Below, piece by piece: positions 7,735 through 14,726 of a DNA stretch of 46,844 nt. Position 1 is the first letter of the stretch. Every line of letters begins with the position of its first letter. A program made the translations under genes and the position numbers. The DNA lies in the IMG/VR virus record IMGVR_UViG_3300044711_000109, positions 1 through 46,844 of that record; one strand, written 5' to 3'. A model generated the notes under the pieces. The model had not been told where the DNA came from. It was given only the letters and a program-made list of their open reading frames with translations, and made no database searches. This stretch comes from a virus.

Positions 7735-7968
7735 CTACTTCTTCGCCGCGGCCGGCTTCTCAGCCTTCTCGGCTTTCGGCGGCGCGCTCAGCCGGCGCTT
7801 CAACTTCCCGACTTCGGTCAGGAGCTGGCCGACGGTGAGGGCTTCGAGCGCGTCCTTCGCTTCGACCGCCGCGAGGTGCATCGTGATGAGCATCTTCTCG
7901 GTGAGGTCGATCTTTCCGGGGGAGAGGAACTGCTTTGCAACGCCGTTGAGCAAATTCGGTGAGGCCAT
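7735..7968 (-). CDS. Hypothetical protein with a Lys/Ala/Pro-rich basic tail (77 aa)
   Basis: ATG 7968 follows GAAGGAGAACGAC. The C-terminus is KRRLSAPPKAEKAEKPAAAKK. Confidence 0.6.
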   Translation of the reverse strand: MASPNLLNGVAKQFLSPGKIDLTEKMLITMHLAAVEAKDALEALTVGQLLTEVGKLKRRLSAPPKAEKAEKPAAAKK

Positions 7969-7984
7969 GTCGTTCTCCTTCGTT

Positions 7985-8000
7985 CTCTCAATGTTCGTGA
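7985..8000 (-). promoter_or_regulatory. TCACGAACATTGAGAG motif (copy A), 16 nt upstream of the 7968 start
   Basis: Identical 16-mer to 22598..22613 (+). It belongs to the five-copy TCACGAAnATT family. Confidence 0.6.
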
Positions 8001-8130
8001 CTGCGGTCCCGCCTGTCACATTGGCCCTTGTGATTGAGCCTTTACGCTCCCCGGTTATCCGGTCATGAATCAGAGGTGCCGTCTGGGTCATAGCACTGCG
8101 GAACGCTTCTGACCGTCGCCCGTTGCGCAA

Positions 8131-8146
8131 TCACGAACATTCAAAG
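8131..8146 (+). promoter_or_regulatory. TCACGAACATTCAAAG motif (copy C), facing gene-free/antisense DNA
   Basis: It shares gcaaTCACGAACATT with 22594..22608. It is divergent from copy A, 130 bp away. Confidence 0.45.
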
Positions 8147-8357
8147 ATCGAAGAACGGAGCGGCCCTCGCGCGAGGAGCATCTCGAAACCCGACGCCAAT
8201 CGAAGTTGCGAGGACTTGGAGTCGCGAGGACCGCTCCGAAGGTCGCGCGGGGAGACCGCCGAATACGCTCCCGGTGGAAGAGCAGATCCGACGACCGCGC
8301 GACCATCGCAGCGGGCGATTCGAGGTTGTAGGCAGTGCCCCCGAATCGCGCCGCGAG

Positions 8358-8663
8358 CTACTCGCCGGAGACCTTGGCCGCCTTGTACTTCTTGACCTTG
8401 GCCTTCTCTTCCGAACGCATCAGCACCGCGCATTCCTCGCCGTCTTCGAGCACGTAGAGCGGATTGCCGTCCTCGTCGCGGTCGGTCAGCTTCTCCTCGT
8501 GCTTGTGGAGCACCTTCTGCAGCGCGTCCTGGGCCTCGATTTCCTTCTCCAAAGCCTTCATGCGCTTGTCACGCAGCTCGCGGTAGAGATCTGCCGCGTC
8601 GTCGATCTGTTTGATGCGCGGGCGCTCGGTTCCGGGAATCTCGGTCTGCTTTGCGGTCGCCAT
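8358..8663 (-). CDS. Hypothetical charged (K/E-rich) protein (101 aa)
   Basis: This is the track ORF. ATG 8663 follows GGAGGTAACGTAA, directly downstream of a canonical promoter. Confidence 0.7.
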   Translation of the reverse strand: MATAKQTEIPGTERPRIKQIDDAADLYRELRDKRMKALEKEIEAQDALQKVLHKHEEKLTDRDEDGNPLYVLEDGEECAVLMRSEEKAKVKKYKAAKVSGE

Positions 8664-8677
8664 TTACGTTACCTCCA

Positions 8678-8714
8678 GGTCGCGGATTGTAACCGCCGCT
8701 GGCGGCATCGTCAA
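8678..8714 (-). promoter_or_regulatory. Sigma70-type promoter TTGACG-N17-TACAAT inside the conserved 17-mer GGTTACAATCCGCGACC (copy 1)
   Basis: Minus strand reads TTGACGatgccgccagcggcggtTACAATccgcgacctGGAGGtaacgtaaATG. Confidence 0.75.
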
Positions 8715-9188
8715 CAACTATTTTCAGGAAATCAGCGCCCCGACGCTGATCGCTTCCGGCAACACTTCCGGTGATGGTTTCCGCAGCGGCGCATGTCACC
8801 AGGGAGGATCTTGCCGCCGCACTCAGCGCAGTTTGTCCGTCGTACGCCCATTCAGTCCTCCGCGCGGTTTTCGGAGAAAAATATTTCATGTTCCATTCCT
8901 TGTCCCCAGGCGAAATCCCTTCGCAGGTGGCCTCCCCACCCGCGAGCACACACCGAACCCCTTCCCAGGCTTAGTGCTGGCCACCCTGCGAATCGACCGG
9001 GACGTTTCCGCAATGCGCGATCAAGTACGCGCCCGTTGCCCGGGTTTCGCCTGCGAAGGAGTGAAATATCGCTTGGGGTGACGGCGCAAGAGATGACAAC
9101 CCGCCGCGCGGTGGCTGTGTGCTACCATTTGCCCGCGTTTTCATCTGACAGCGGCGATCCTACTCGGGGTCGGCCGTCGAGCGCAAGA

Positions 9189-9224
9189 GGGGCCCGCTGG
9201 CACACGGCGGGCTCTTTCCTTTTC
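9189..9224 (+). terminator. Rho-independent terminator oriented on the + strand
   Basis: GCCCGC-tggcacacg-GCGGGC, with flanking G:C/G:U extension, followed by TCTTTCCTTTTC. It abuts the stop of the convergent 9223..9474 gene. No + strand ORF precedes it. Confidence 0.6.
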
Positions 9225-9474
9225 AGGGCGCGAGCGGAAGCGCCGGCTGCCACGCATCGATCTTCCGCAGGCGCCTAATGACGCGTGCCGCCGCCCCGAC
9301 CGCTACGAGTTTCCGAAGCCACGGCAGCCGCCGCGCACGCGCCGACAGGCCCCCGGGCGTCGACATCGCCTCCCCTCTGCAGAATGGGCAGCGCCCGCGG
9401 AAGAGCACCACGCGCCCATCGTCCGGGCACTCCGCGACGCGCGTGTCGCCGAGCTCGAGGCTTCGCAGCTTCAT
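9223..9474 (-). CDS. Hypothetical protein (83 aa)
   Basis: ATG 9474 follows GGAGAGGGG and overlaps the upstream stop (ATGA). It contains a CPFC pair. Confidence 0.55.
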   Translation of the reverse strand: MKLRSLELGDTRVAECPDDGRVVLFRGRCPFCRGEAMSTPGGLSARARRLPWLRKLVAVGAAARVIRRLRKIDAWQPALPLAP

Positions 9475-9662
9475 CGCAATCCCCTCTCCCTGCACCGATC
9501 CGGGCACCGGTCGCATTCGCGCATGCAGACGCCTTCGCTGTCGTGGTCTTGAAGGTCGCAACCACTGGCGCACCGACGATCACCGTAGACGCGCTTCCGG
9601 TTCTCCTGGTGGGCTACCATTGTACGGAACACGTCGTCGCCGAAGAGGAGCCGATCAGCCAT
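9471..9662 (-). CDS. Small Cys-rich protein (63 aa)
   Basis: This is the track ORF. It overlaps both neighbours (8 nt and 4 nt). Six Cys residues: ...RRCASGCDLQ...GVCMRECDRCPDRC. Confidence 0.45.
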   Translation of the reverse strand: MADRLLFGDDVFRTMVAHQENRKRVYGDRRCASGCDLQDHDSEGVCMRECDRCPDRCRERGLR

Positions 9663-9936
9663 TCGATGGCCTCGCGGTAAAGAACTCCGCCAGCGTCACG
9701 CCGTACATGTCGAGCAGCCTCACAAGCTGCGAGAGCTTTAACGTGTGGATGCGCCACTTCGCCTCAAAGCTCGAGATCGTCCTGAACCCAACGCCGCTCA
9801 GCTCCGCCGCTTTTCTTTGCGACAGGTTGCGACCTTGCCGGAGCTCCCACAACCGCAGCGCGACATCGCCGAGTCGTGGATCAATTCGGAGGGGATCGCG
9901 CTCAGTCCTACCTCGTTGCAAACGTGCCGGCATCAT
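9655..9936 (-). CDS. XRE-family helix-turn-helix regulator (Cro/CI-like)
   Basis: LRLWELRQGRNLSQRKAAELSGVGFRTISSFE...LSQLVRLLDMYGVTLAEFF. The start follows AAGGAGAAC. It is the first gene behind a conserved promoter, in the divergent control region. Confidence 0.8.
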   Translation of the reverse strand: MMPARLQRGRTERDPLRIDPRLGDVALRLWELRQGRNLSQRKAAELSGVGFRTISSFEAKWRIHTLKLSQLVRLLDMYGVTLAEFFTARPSNG

Positions 9937-9946
9937 GTTCTCCTTA

Positions 9947-9963
9947 GGTCGCGGATTGTAACC
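9947..9963 (-). promoter_or_regulatory. Conserved 17-mer GGTTACAATCCGCGACC (copy 2): -10 region of the XRE-operon promoter
   Basis: Minus strand reads cggTTACAATccgcgacctAAGGAGaacATGATG. The -35 is weak (TTCCAT at 17 nt). Confidence 0.6.
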
Positions 9964-9999
9964 GATCGCCGCGCACGATGGAAAGGGGCCGGATCGCTT

Positions 10000-10063
10000 T
10001 CACGAAAATTTGATGCTGGCCTGACGGACTTCTGACGGTGAGGGCGGTAGATTGCTCGGCATG
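10000..10063 (+). promoter_or_regulatory. Conserved promoter/leader block (copy E): TCACGAAAATTTGATG - CTGACGG-N4-CTGACGG - TAGATT - N7 - ATG
   Basis: It is homologous to 6745..6807 (-). The direct repeats CTGACGG at 10021 and 10032 are 11 bp apart. Confidence 0.65.
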
Positions 10064-10420
10064 AACGACCCTTGCCCTTCCTGCCGCGATTTGCTCGGCG
10101 TCAACTGCGGTTGGTGCGCGAGCTGCGACGTGTGGTCGCGCGCGGTGGTCGATGGGTACTGTTTTCTCAACCTGGACTGGAATGGACGACCGATGAAAAC
10201 CGCGATGCACACACCAACCCTGACATCGACCGACAAGCGTTCAAAAACCCCACCGTTTGACGTCCTCTACGACGGCACCTGCTCATGCGGCGGCTGGTCG
10301 ATGGACAGCAAGCCTGCCGCGACGATCCGCGCCGAGCACATGGCCCACCTACAATCCCTCCTAGGCCCCGAAGCGCAGGCGGAAAGGATGGACGCCACAA
10401 AGGGAGAGCCAACCAAATGA
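10061..10420 (+). CDS. Hypothetical Cys-rich protein (119 aa)
   Basis: ATG 10061 lies 7 nt after TAGATT. N-terminus is MNDPCPSCRDLLGVNCGWCASC. The internal ATG at 10196 is an alternative start. Confidence 0.45.
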   Translation: MNDPCPSCRDLLGVNCGWCASCDVWSRAVVDGYCFLNLDWNGRPMKTAMHTPTLTSTDKRSKTPPFDVLYDGTCSCGGWSMDSKPAATIRAEHMAHLQSLLGPEAQAERMDATKGEPTK

Positions 10421-10758
10421 GCAAAGAGAAGTTGTGCTTCGCCTGCGATCGTCCGTTGATCGGCACGCTCGTCCATTCGGCCGTGAACGAGTTCGGTGGT
10501 GTAGTCAACGCGATAACTGAGGACGGCGCGCAGACCGTTTCCGTCGGTCCTGACTGCTGGCAAAGGATCGCGTCATCGGGCGAGACCGGTTATCAGCCGC
10601 CGCGCGGCGGACCTCGTTTACTGACGCTCACCGCGCGATTGTGCGGAGGATGTGCCGTCCGCGAGCCGTGGGAGCACCGATGTTTTGGGGACGGCAGCGG
10701 CTGCCTCTGCCTTGAATGCCGTGAGATTGAGCGCAACGCCGCGAAGGGAGACGATTGA
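10417..10758 (+). CDS. Hypothetical protein with CxxC pairs (113 aa)
   Basis: ATG 10417 follows AGGGAGAG and overlaps the upstream stop (ATGA). Cys motifs are CFAC...CGGC...CLCLEC. Confidence 0.55.
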   Translation: MSKEKLCFACDRPLIGTLVHSAVNEFGGVVNAITEDGAQTVSVGPDCWQRIASSGETGYQPPRGGPRLLTLTARLCGGCAVREPWEHRCFGDGSGCLCLECREIERNAAKGDD

Positions 10759-10792
10759 CTCCCCAACCCGAACACGGTTACAATCCGCGACC
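10755..10792 (+). promoter_or_regulatory. Sigma70-type promoter TTGACT-N18-TACAAT inside the conserved 17-mer (copy 3)
   Basis: TTGACT at 10755-10760 and TACAAT at 10779-10784. The ATG at 10796 is only 11 nt downstream, with no Shine-Dalgarno sequence. Confidence 0.7.
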
Positions 10793-10795
10793 TGA

Positions 10796-11119
10796 ATGCC
10801 GAGGAAGATCATCCGTCCAGCGCAGAAGCGAGGCCGATCTGTTTACCACGATGCATCGAGTCGGAATTTCACGTGCCCGTGCGGACGGGCGCACAGGTGG
10901 GCGCCGCGTCAGACCGAGATGGCGTGCAAGTGCGGCAAGCGGCATCGGCGGGGGCGAGAGATGCGACCGGACGGCGCGACCGAGGACGCGAAAGCTGCGG
11001 CGCTCGAGATCAGCAGACAAACGCTCTGGCGCTACCGCGTTGGCATCCGCAAGGACGCGGCGATGACGCGGCGGATCAAAGAGGTGGACAAGTTGTTTGC
11101 GCGCAGACCGCGCGAGTAA
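10796..11119 (+). CDS. Putative DNA-binding protein (zinc-ribbon N-terminus plus HTH)
   Basis: CPCGRAHRW...CKCGKRH followed by AAALEISRQTLWRYRVGIRK, an HTH-like segment. Confidence 0.5.
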   Translation: MPRKIIRPAQKRGRSVYHDASSRNFTCPCGRAHRWAPRQTEMACKCGKRHRRGREMRPDGATEDAKAAALEISRQTLWRYRVGIRKDAAMTRRIKEVDKLFARRPRE

Positions 11120-11130
11120 GGAGGGCACCG

Positions 11131-11244
11131 ATGAATGATGATTATTACGAAGAGACCCGACGAATGGCAATTCGCGCGATTGTCTTGGGGGCCGTCAGCG
11201 TCATCTGTTCGGCCATCGGCCTAATCTGCTACTTTTTGAAGTGA
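11131..11244 (+). CDS. Small membrane protein (37 aa)
   Basis: ATG follows TAAGGAGGGCACCG. Product is MNDDYYEETRRMAIRAIVLGAVSVICSAIGLICYFLK. Confidence 0.55.
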   Translation: MNDDYYEETRRMAIRAIVLGAVSVICSAIGLICYFLK

Positions 11245-11249
11245 AACAC

Positions 11250-11282
11250 GAAGGGCGCGGAACTGGCTGAACCGCGCCCTTC
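11250..11282 (+). other. Perfect 11-bp stem-loop (GAAGGGCGCGG / CCGCGCCCTTC, 11-nt loop) with no U-tract
   Basis: Read directly. It lies between two small membrane-protein genes, 20 nt before the next RBS. Confidence 0.6.
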
Positions 11283-11301
11283 GATCGCAAGGAGGTGAAC
11301 G

Positions 11302-11487
11302 ATGTCGGTCGTTCCGCAGTTTGTAGCACACCCGCCCTGTTGCGCGCAACGGTTCGCCCTGGCGCGCACCATCCTGATTGCCGCGCTGCTCGCCTTCGCG
11401 ATCATGCAGGTATGGGTCAACCGGCTGCAAATTCAGATCAACGACGCGCTGATCCAGAGGATTCGCGCAATGGAGAAAATGCGATGA
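11302..11487 (+). CDS. Small membrane protein (61 aa)
   Basis: ATG follows AAGGAGGTGAACG. It has a hydrophobic core, ARTILIAALLAFAIMQVWV. Confidence 0.6.
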   Translation: MSVVPQFVAHPPCCAQRFALARTILIAALLAFAIMQVWVNRLQIQINDALIQRIRAMEKMR

Positions 11488-11930
11488 AAACCTTTGCCCT
11501 CAAACCCATTTGTGAGGACTGCGCGCCTGACTGCCCGAAGTGGCGCGGATCACACGCGCTTGATTCTCGCGGCTTTCATCGGGGCGCGTGTACCTCGTGC
11601 GCATGTCGGCAGTTCAGGCGCGCGGAACGTCCCTCGAAAGTCTTCCGCCTCTACGACTCCGAACTCAACGCCCCGCCGCTGGATGGAGGAATGATGCACC
11701 GACGCAGCTACATGCCGCACGATGGCGCGAAGCTCTCACGCGCTCAACTGGCCAGAGTCAACGCGAAACTCCGCAAGGATGTCGAGGCTCGCGATGAATT
11801 CATTCGCGCTCAGCGTGAAGAACAGCAGCGCCGCAATCGTGAGCGCGAGGCCACCGGCATCCGCGGCTTCCTGAACAAGGCGCGGCGCATTCTCAACACG
11901 CCAATCCGACTGTCGCGGAGAACACCATGA
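11484..11930 (+). CDS. Hypothetical Cys-rich protein (148 aa)
   Basis: ATG 11484 overlaps the upstream stop (ATGA). Sequence includes CEDCAPDCPKW...CTSCACRQF and a basic coiled C-terminus. Confidence 0.55.
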   Translation: MKTFALKPICEDCAPDCPKWRGSHALDSRGFHRGACTSCACRQFRRAERPSKVFRLYDSELNAPPLDGGMMHRRSYMPHDGAKLSRAQLARVNAKLRKDVEARDEFIRAQREEQQRRNREREATGIRGFLNKARRILNTPIRLSRRTP

Positions 11931-12844
11931 CCGGCGTCCTTACCACCGGCGTCCACAACATCCCGGCCGAGTTTTACCATTCAGATCCCACACCCGAACC
12001 CTCGCTCAGCTCCGGCGGCATCAAGACGCTGCTCGGGGGATCATCCCCCGCGGAGTTCGCCGCGAACCATCCGCGCCTGACGCAGTGGCCGGAGCTGCTC
12101 GATTCGCGGTCGAAAGCGAAAGACCTCGGCTCCATCATTCACTCGCTCGTCCTGGGCGTCGGCGCCGGATTCCACGCGTGCGACCCCCAGGACTGCCCAG
12201 CGCGCACGAAGAAGGGTGAGCCGTACAAGACGTGGTCCGGCGATGCGACGGCATGGAAGGAAGCCCAGGAGGCCGAGGGCATCGTCATCATGAGCCGGAA
12301 GGAAGGCGCGCGCGTCCAGTCCGCCGCGAAGTCGATGATCGAGCTGCTGCGCAACGAATACGGCGACTGGCCGATCGGCGACAGCGAGCGCACGCTGATA
12401 TGGCAGCGGCAGACCTCCATCGGTCCGATCTGGTGCCGGGCGATGCTCGACCACCTGGCGCTTCGACACATGGTCATCCTCGATCCGAAGTCGACATCTC
12501 TCGGCATCAGCAAGCGGGTGCTGCAGAAGACGATCGCGCGCGAAATGTGGGCGATTCAAGCGGCCTGGTACTTGGAAGCAGTCGAAAACTGTTTCCCCGA
12601 CGTCGACCTCGCAGGGCGTCTGCGCTTCCGCTTTCCAGTCGTCGAGGTGAACCCGCCGTATCAGAGCAAGTTCGTTGGTATGTCTGAAGCGCGCCTCAGC
12701 ATCGCGCGGCAGCGGATCGATCGCGCGGCGGAGACGTTCGCAAAGTGCCTCGCAGCGAACGACTGGCCGGAGGACAACGAAGAGTTCATCTCCGAGCCGG
12801 AAACGTGGGAGATCAACGAGTTCGAAGAAGAGGAAACGAAATGA
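11927..12844 (+). CDS. PD-(D/E)XK family exonuclease (RecE/Cas4-like, DUF3799-type)
   Basis: N-terminal IPAEFYHSD..SLSSGGIK, then MLDHL..VILDPKST (D...D-x-K) and IQAAWYLEA (QxxxY). It is coupled to the downstream Sak4-like ATPase. Confidence 0.6.
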   Translation: MTGVLTTGVHNIPAEFYHSDPTPEPSLSSGGIKTLLGGSSPAEFAANHPRLTQWPELLDSRSKAKDLGSIIHSLVLGVGAGFHACDPQDCPARTKKGEPYKTWSGDATAWKEAQEAEGIVIMSRKEGARVQSAAKSMIELLRNEYGDWPIGDSERTLIWQRQTSIGPIWCRAMLDHLALRHMVILDPKSTSLGISKRVLQKTIAREMWAIQAAWYLEAVENCFPDVDLAGRLRFRFPVVEVNPPYQSKFVGMSEARLSIARQRIDRAAETFAKCLAANDWPEDNEEFISEPETWEINEFEEEETK

Positions 12845-13860
12845 GCGGCGACATGGAAATCACCGACGCCGTTCGCGCCGCGCAGAGCGTTTCAATCGGC
12901 CTATTCGGTCCCTCCGGCTGCGGAAAAACTCTGAGCGCTCTCCGCCTCGCGATCGGCATTCAGTCCGTCGCTGGCGGAAACATCTACCTGATCGACACGG
13001 AAGCGCGCCGAGCCAAAGACTACGCTCCGAAAGAGGGCGAGAAAGCCGACAACATCAACACGTTCGCTTTCAAGCACGTCGACCTACTCCCGCCGTTCGG
13101 TTCGGATCGGTACCTCGAAGCGATCGAGAAGTGCATCGCCCATGGCGAGCGCGGACCGCGAACAATCATCATCGACAGCCTGAGCCACGAACACGAATCG
13201 GAAGGCGGCATGCTGGAGCAATTCGAGGCGGAACTCGCGCGCCTCGGCGGCGGCGACAAGAACAATGCCCGCGCGTGGATCAGACCGAAGGCGAAGCGCC
13301 GGAAGCTCGTTGTGCGCATGGAGCAAATGCGCGACGTAAACTTCATCCTGACGTTTCGCGCCGCCGATCAGACGAAGCCCGGCAAGGATGACACCGGGAA
13401 AAACGTGTTCGTTCACATGGGCTTCATGCCGATCGCCGGCCGCGAGTTCGTCTACTGCACGAAGGCCTGCGCGTTTCTCCCGCCGAGCGCGGACGGCGTG
13501 CCGGTCTGGAATCCGGAGTACGTCGGCGAGAAGATGATGCGCCGGCTGCCGAAGTTCCTCGCTCCGATCCTGAACGACGGGAAGCCGCTGTCTGAGGAAC
13601 ATGGGCGCAAAATCGCCGAGTGGGCGCGGGGCGGGGCGAGCGCGCTACCGAAGGCGCCGGCGGGCCAAGCGGCAGGCAAGTCGATCGAGGAGCGCGCCGA
13701 GCTGCTCAAGGGCGAGATGAAGAAGAGCGCGACCATGGCCGATCTGCAGAAGCTCTGGAACCATTCGAAAGCGCGGTCGATCCGCGAGGCACTCGACCCT
13801 GACGCGCTCGACGCGCTCACGCTGTTCTACGAAGGCCGCATTGGCGAACTGGAGGGATGA
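12841..13860 (+). CDS. Sak4-like RecA-fold ATPase (AAA_24-type recombination protein)
   Basis: Walker A is GLFGPSGCGKT and Walker B-like is TIIIDSLSHEHE. ATG 12841 overlaps the exonuclease stop. Confidence 0.65.
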   Translation: MSGDMEITDAVRAAQSVSIGLFGPSGCGKTLSALRLAIGIQSVAGGNIYLIDTEARRAKDYAPKEGEKADNINTFAFKHVDLLPPFGSDRYLEAIEKCIAHGERGPRTIIIDSLSHEHESEGGMLEQFEAELARLGGGDKNNARAWIRPKAKRRKLVVRMEQMRDVNFILTFRAADQTKPGKDDTGKNVFVHMGFMPIAGREFVYCTKACAFLPPSADGVPVWNPEYVGEKMMRRLPKFLAPILNDGKPLSEEHGRKIAEWARGGASALPKAPAGQAAGKSIEERAELLKGEMKKSATMADLQKLWNHSKARSIREALDPDALDALTLFYEGRIGELEG

Positions 13861-14033
13861 TGGCTGAGCAATCTGCGAAGCAAAAGCGCGCCCTTCTCAA
13901 CCGCGTATTCGATCCGAAGACTACCGCGAAGGAACGCAAGCGGGCGATCCGGTCCCTCCTCGGCCTCGGCATTCAGCACGTCAGGAAGGAAAGGAGGTCC
14001 GCGCATGCTGACTGTTCACGCGGTTAAACAGGT
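13860..14033 (+). CDS. Small basic protein (57 aa), absent from the ORF track
   Basis: ATG 13860 overlaps the upstream TGA. Product is MAEQSAKQKRALLNRVFDPKTTAKERKRAIRSLLGLGIQHVRKE... It overlaps the next gene by 29 nt. Confidence 0.35.
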
Positions 14034-14217
14034 CGATCACGACAAGTGGGCGCTACTTCTGGCGGAAGAGTCGCTCGGTCCGAAGCCTGGCGGCTTTACG
14101 ATCGTCATTTGTGACGTGATGAAAGTCGGAACATCGCAAGCTGACGGCTTCTGGACACCCTTCGAGGAAGCTGCCGAGAAGTGGAATCGCGTTAAAGACA
14201 TTCGGAGCGGCGCCTAA
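14005..14217 (+). CDS. Hypothetical protein (70 aa)
   Basis: ATG follows GGAAAGGAGGTCCGCGC. Confidence 0.65.
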   Translation: MLTVHAVKQVDHDKWALLLAEESLGPKPGGFTIVICDVMKVGTSQADGFWTPFEEAAEKWNRVKDIRSGA

Positions 14218-14726
14218 TGTTCTACGTGATGCTCACCTACGCCGTCCCATTCGCAGCTGAGCTGCCGCTGATCATCGACCAGTGCGCTGCCGTCGACGGG
14301 CTCAAGCCGATGTTGGCCCGCGCGCGGATCGCCCACCCGAACGAGGAGCTGATCGTCACCGAGACGCTCTTCACGACGGCCGCCGCCATGCCCAAGATCC
14401 CGCCGGAGCTCGCGCGTGCGGTCGAGCTGTGGAACGCAATCGCCGACCGCGCGCGGCCGAAACTGCCGAAACTCCGCGCGATCGGCAATTACGTCGGACC
14501 GTACCGGCGATGGAAGAAGAAGAATGAGGGCCGCGACTACCTGCTCGAGGACGTCGTCGCCGCAGTCGAGCGCGCGACCTGGACGCACCCCTTCATACAT
14601 TTTGCGTGGCTGCTCGGATCGAAGGATGGGGCGCTCAACTGCGACAAGGTGCTGAACGGCAACGGACTCGCGAAGGGACGTAGAGCAGCGGGCAACGGCG
14701 AAGAATTCGAGGCGGAACGGCGATGA
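14217..14726 (+). CDS. Hypothetical protein (possible replication-associated)
   Basis: 169 aa. Its position is two genes upstream of the DnaC-like loader. The segment ELWNAIADR...FAWLLGSKDG only loosely resembles phage replication-protein C-termini. Confidence 0.5.
   Translation: MFYVMLTYAVPFAAELPLIIDQCAAVDGLKPMLARARIAHPNEELIVTETLFTTAAAMPKIPPELARAVELWNAIADRARPKLPKLRAIGNYVGPYRRWKKKNEGRDYLLEDVVAAVERATWTHPFIHFAWLLGSKDGALNCDKVLNGNGLAKGRRAAGNGEEFEAERR

Noticed and set aside
8274-8774. A 166-aa + strand ORF downstream of motif copy C
   Set aside because: It is the Leu-rich antisense shadow of the K/E-rich 8358..8663 gene and runs through that gene's promoter. It has no RBS. The + strand transcript, if it exists, is more likely non-coding.
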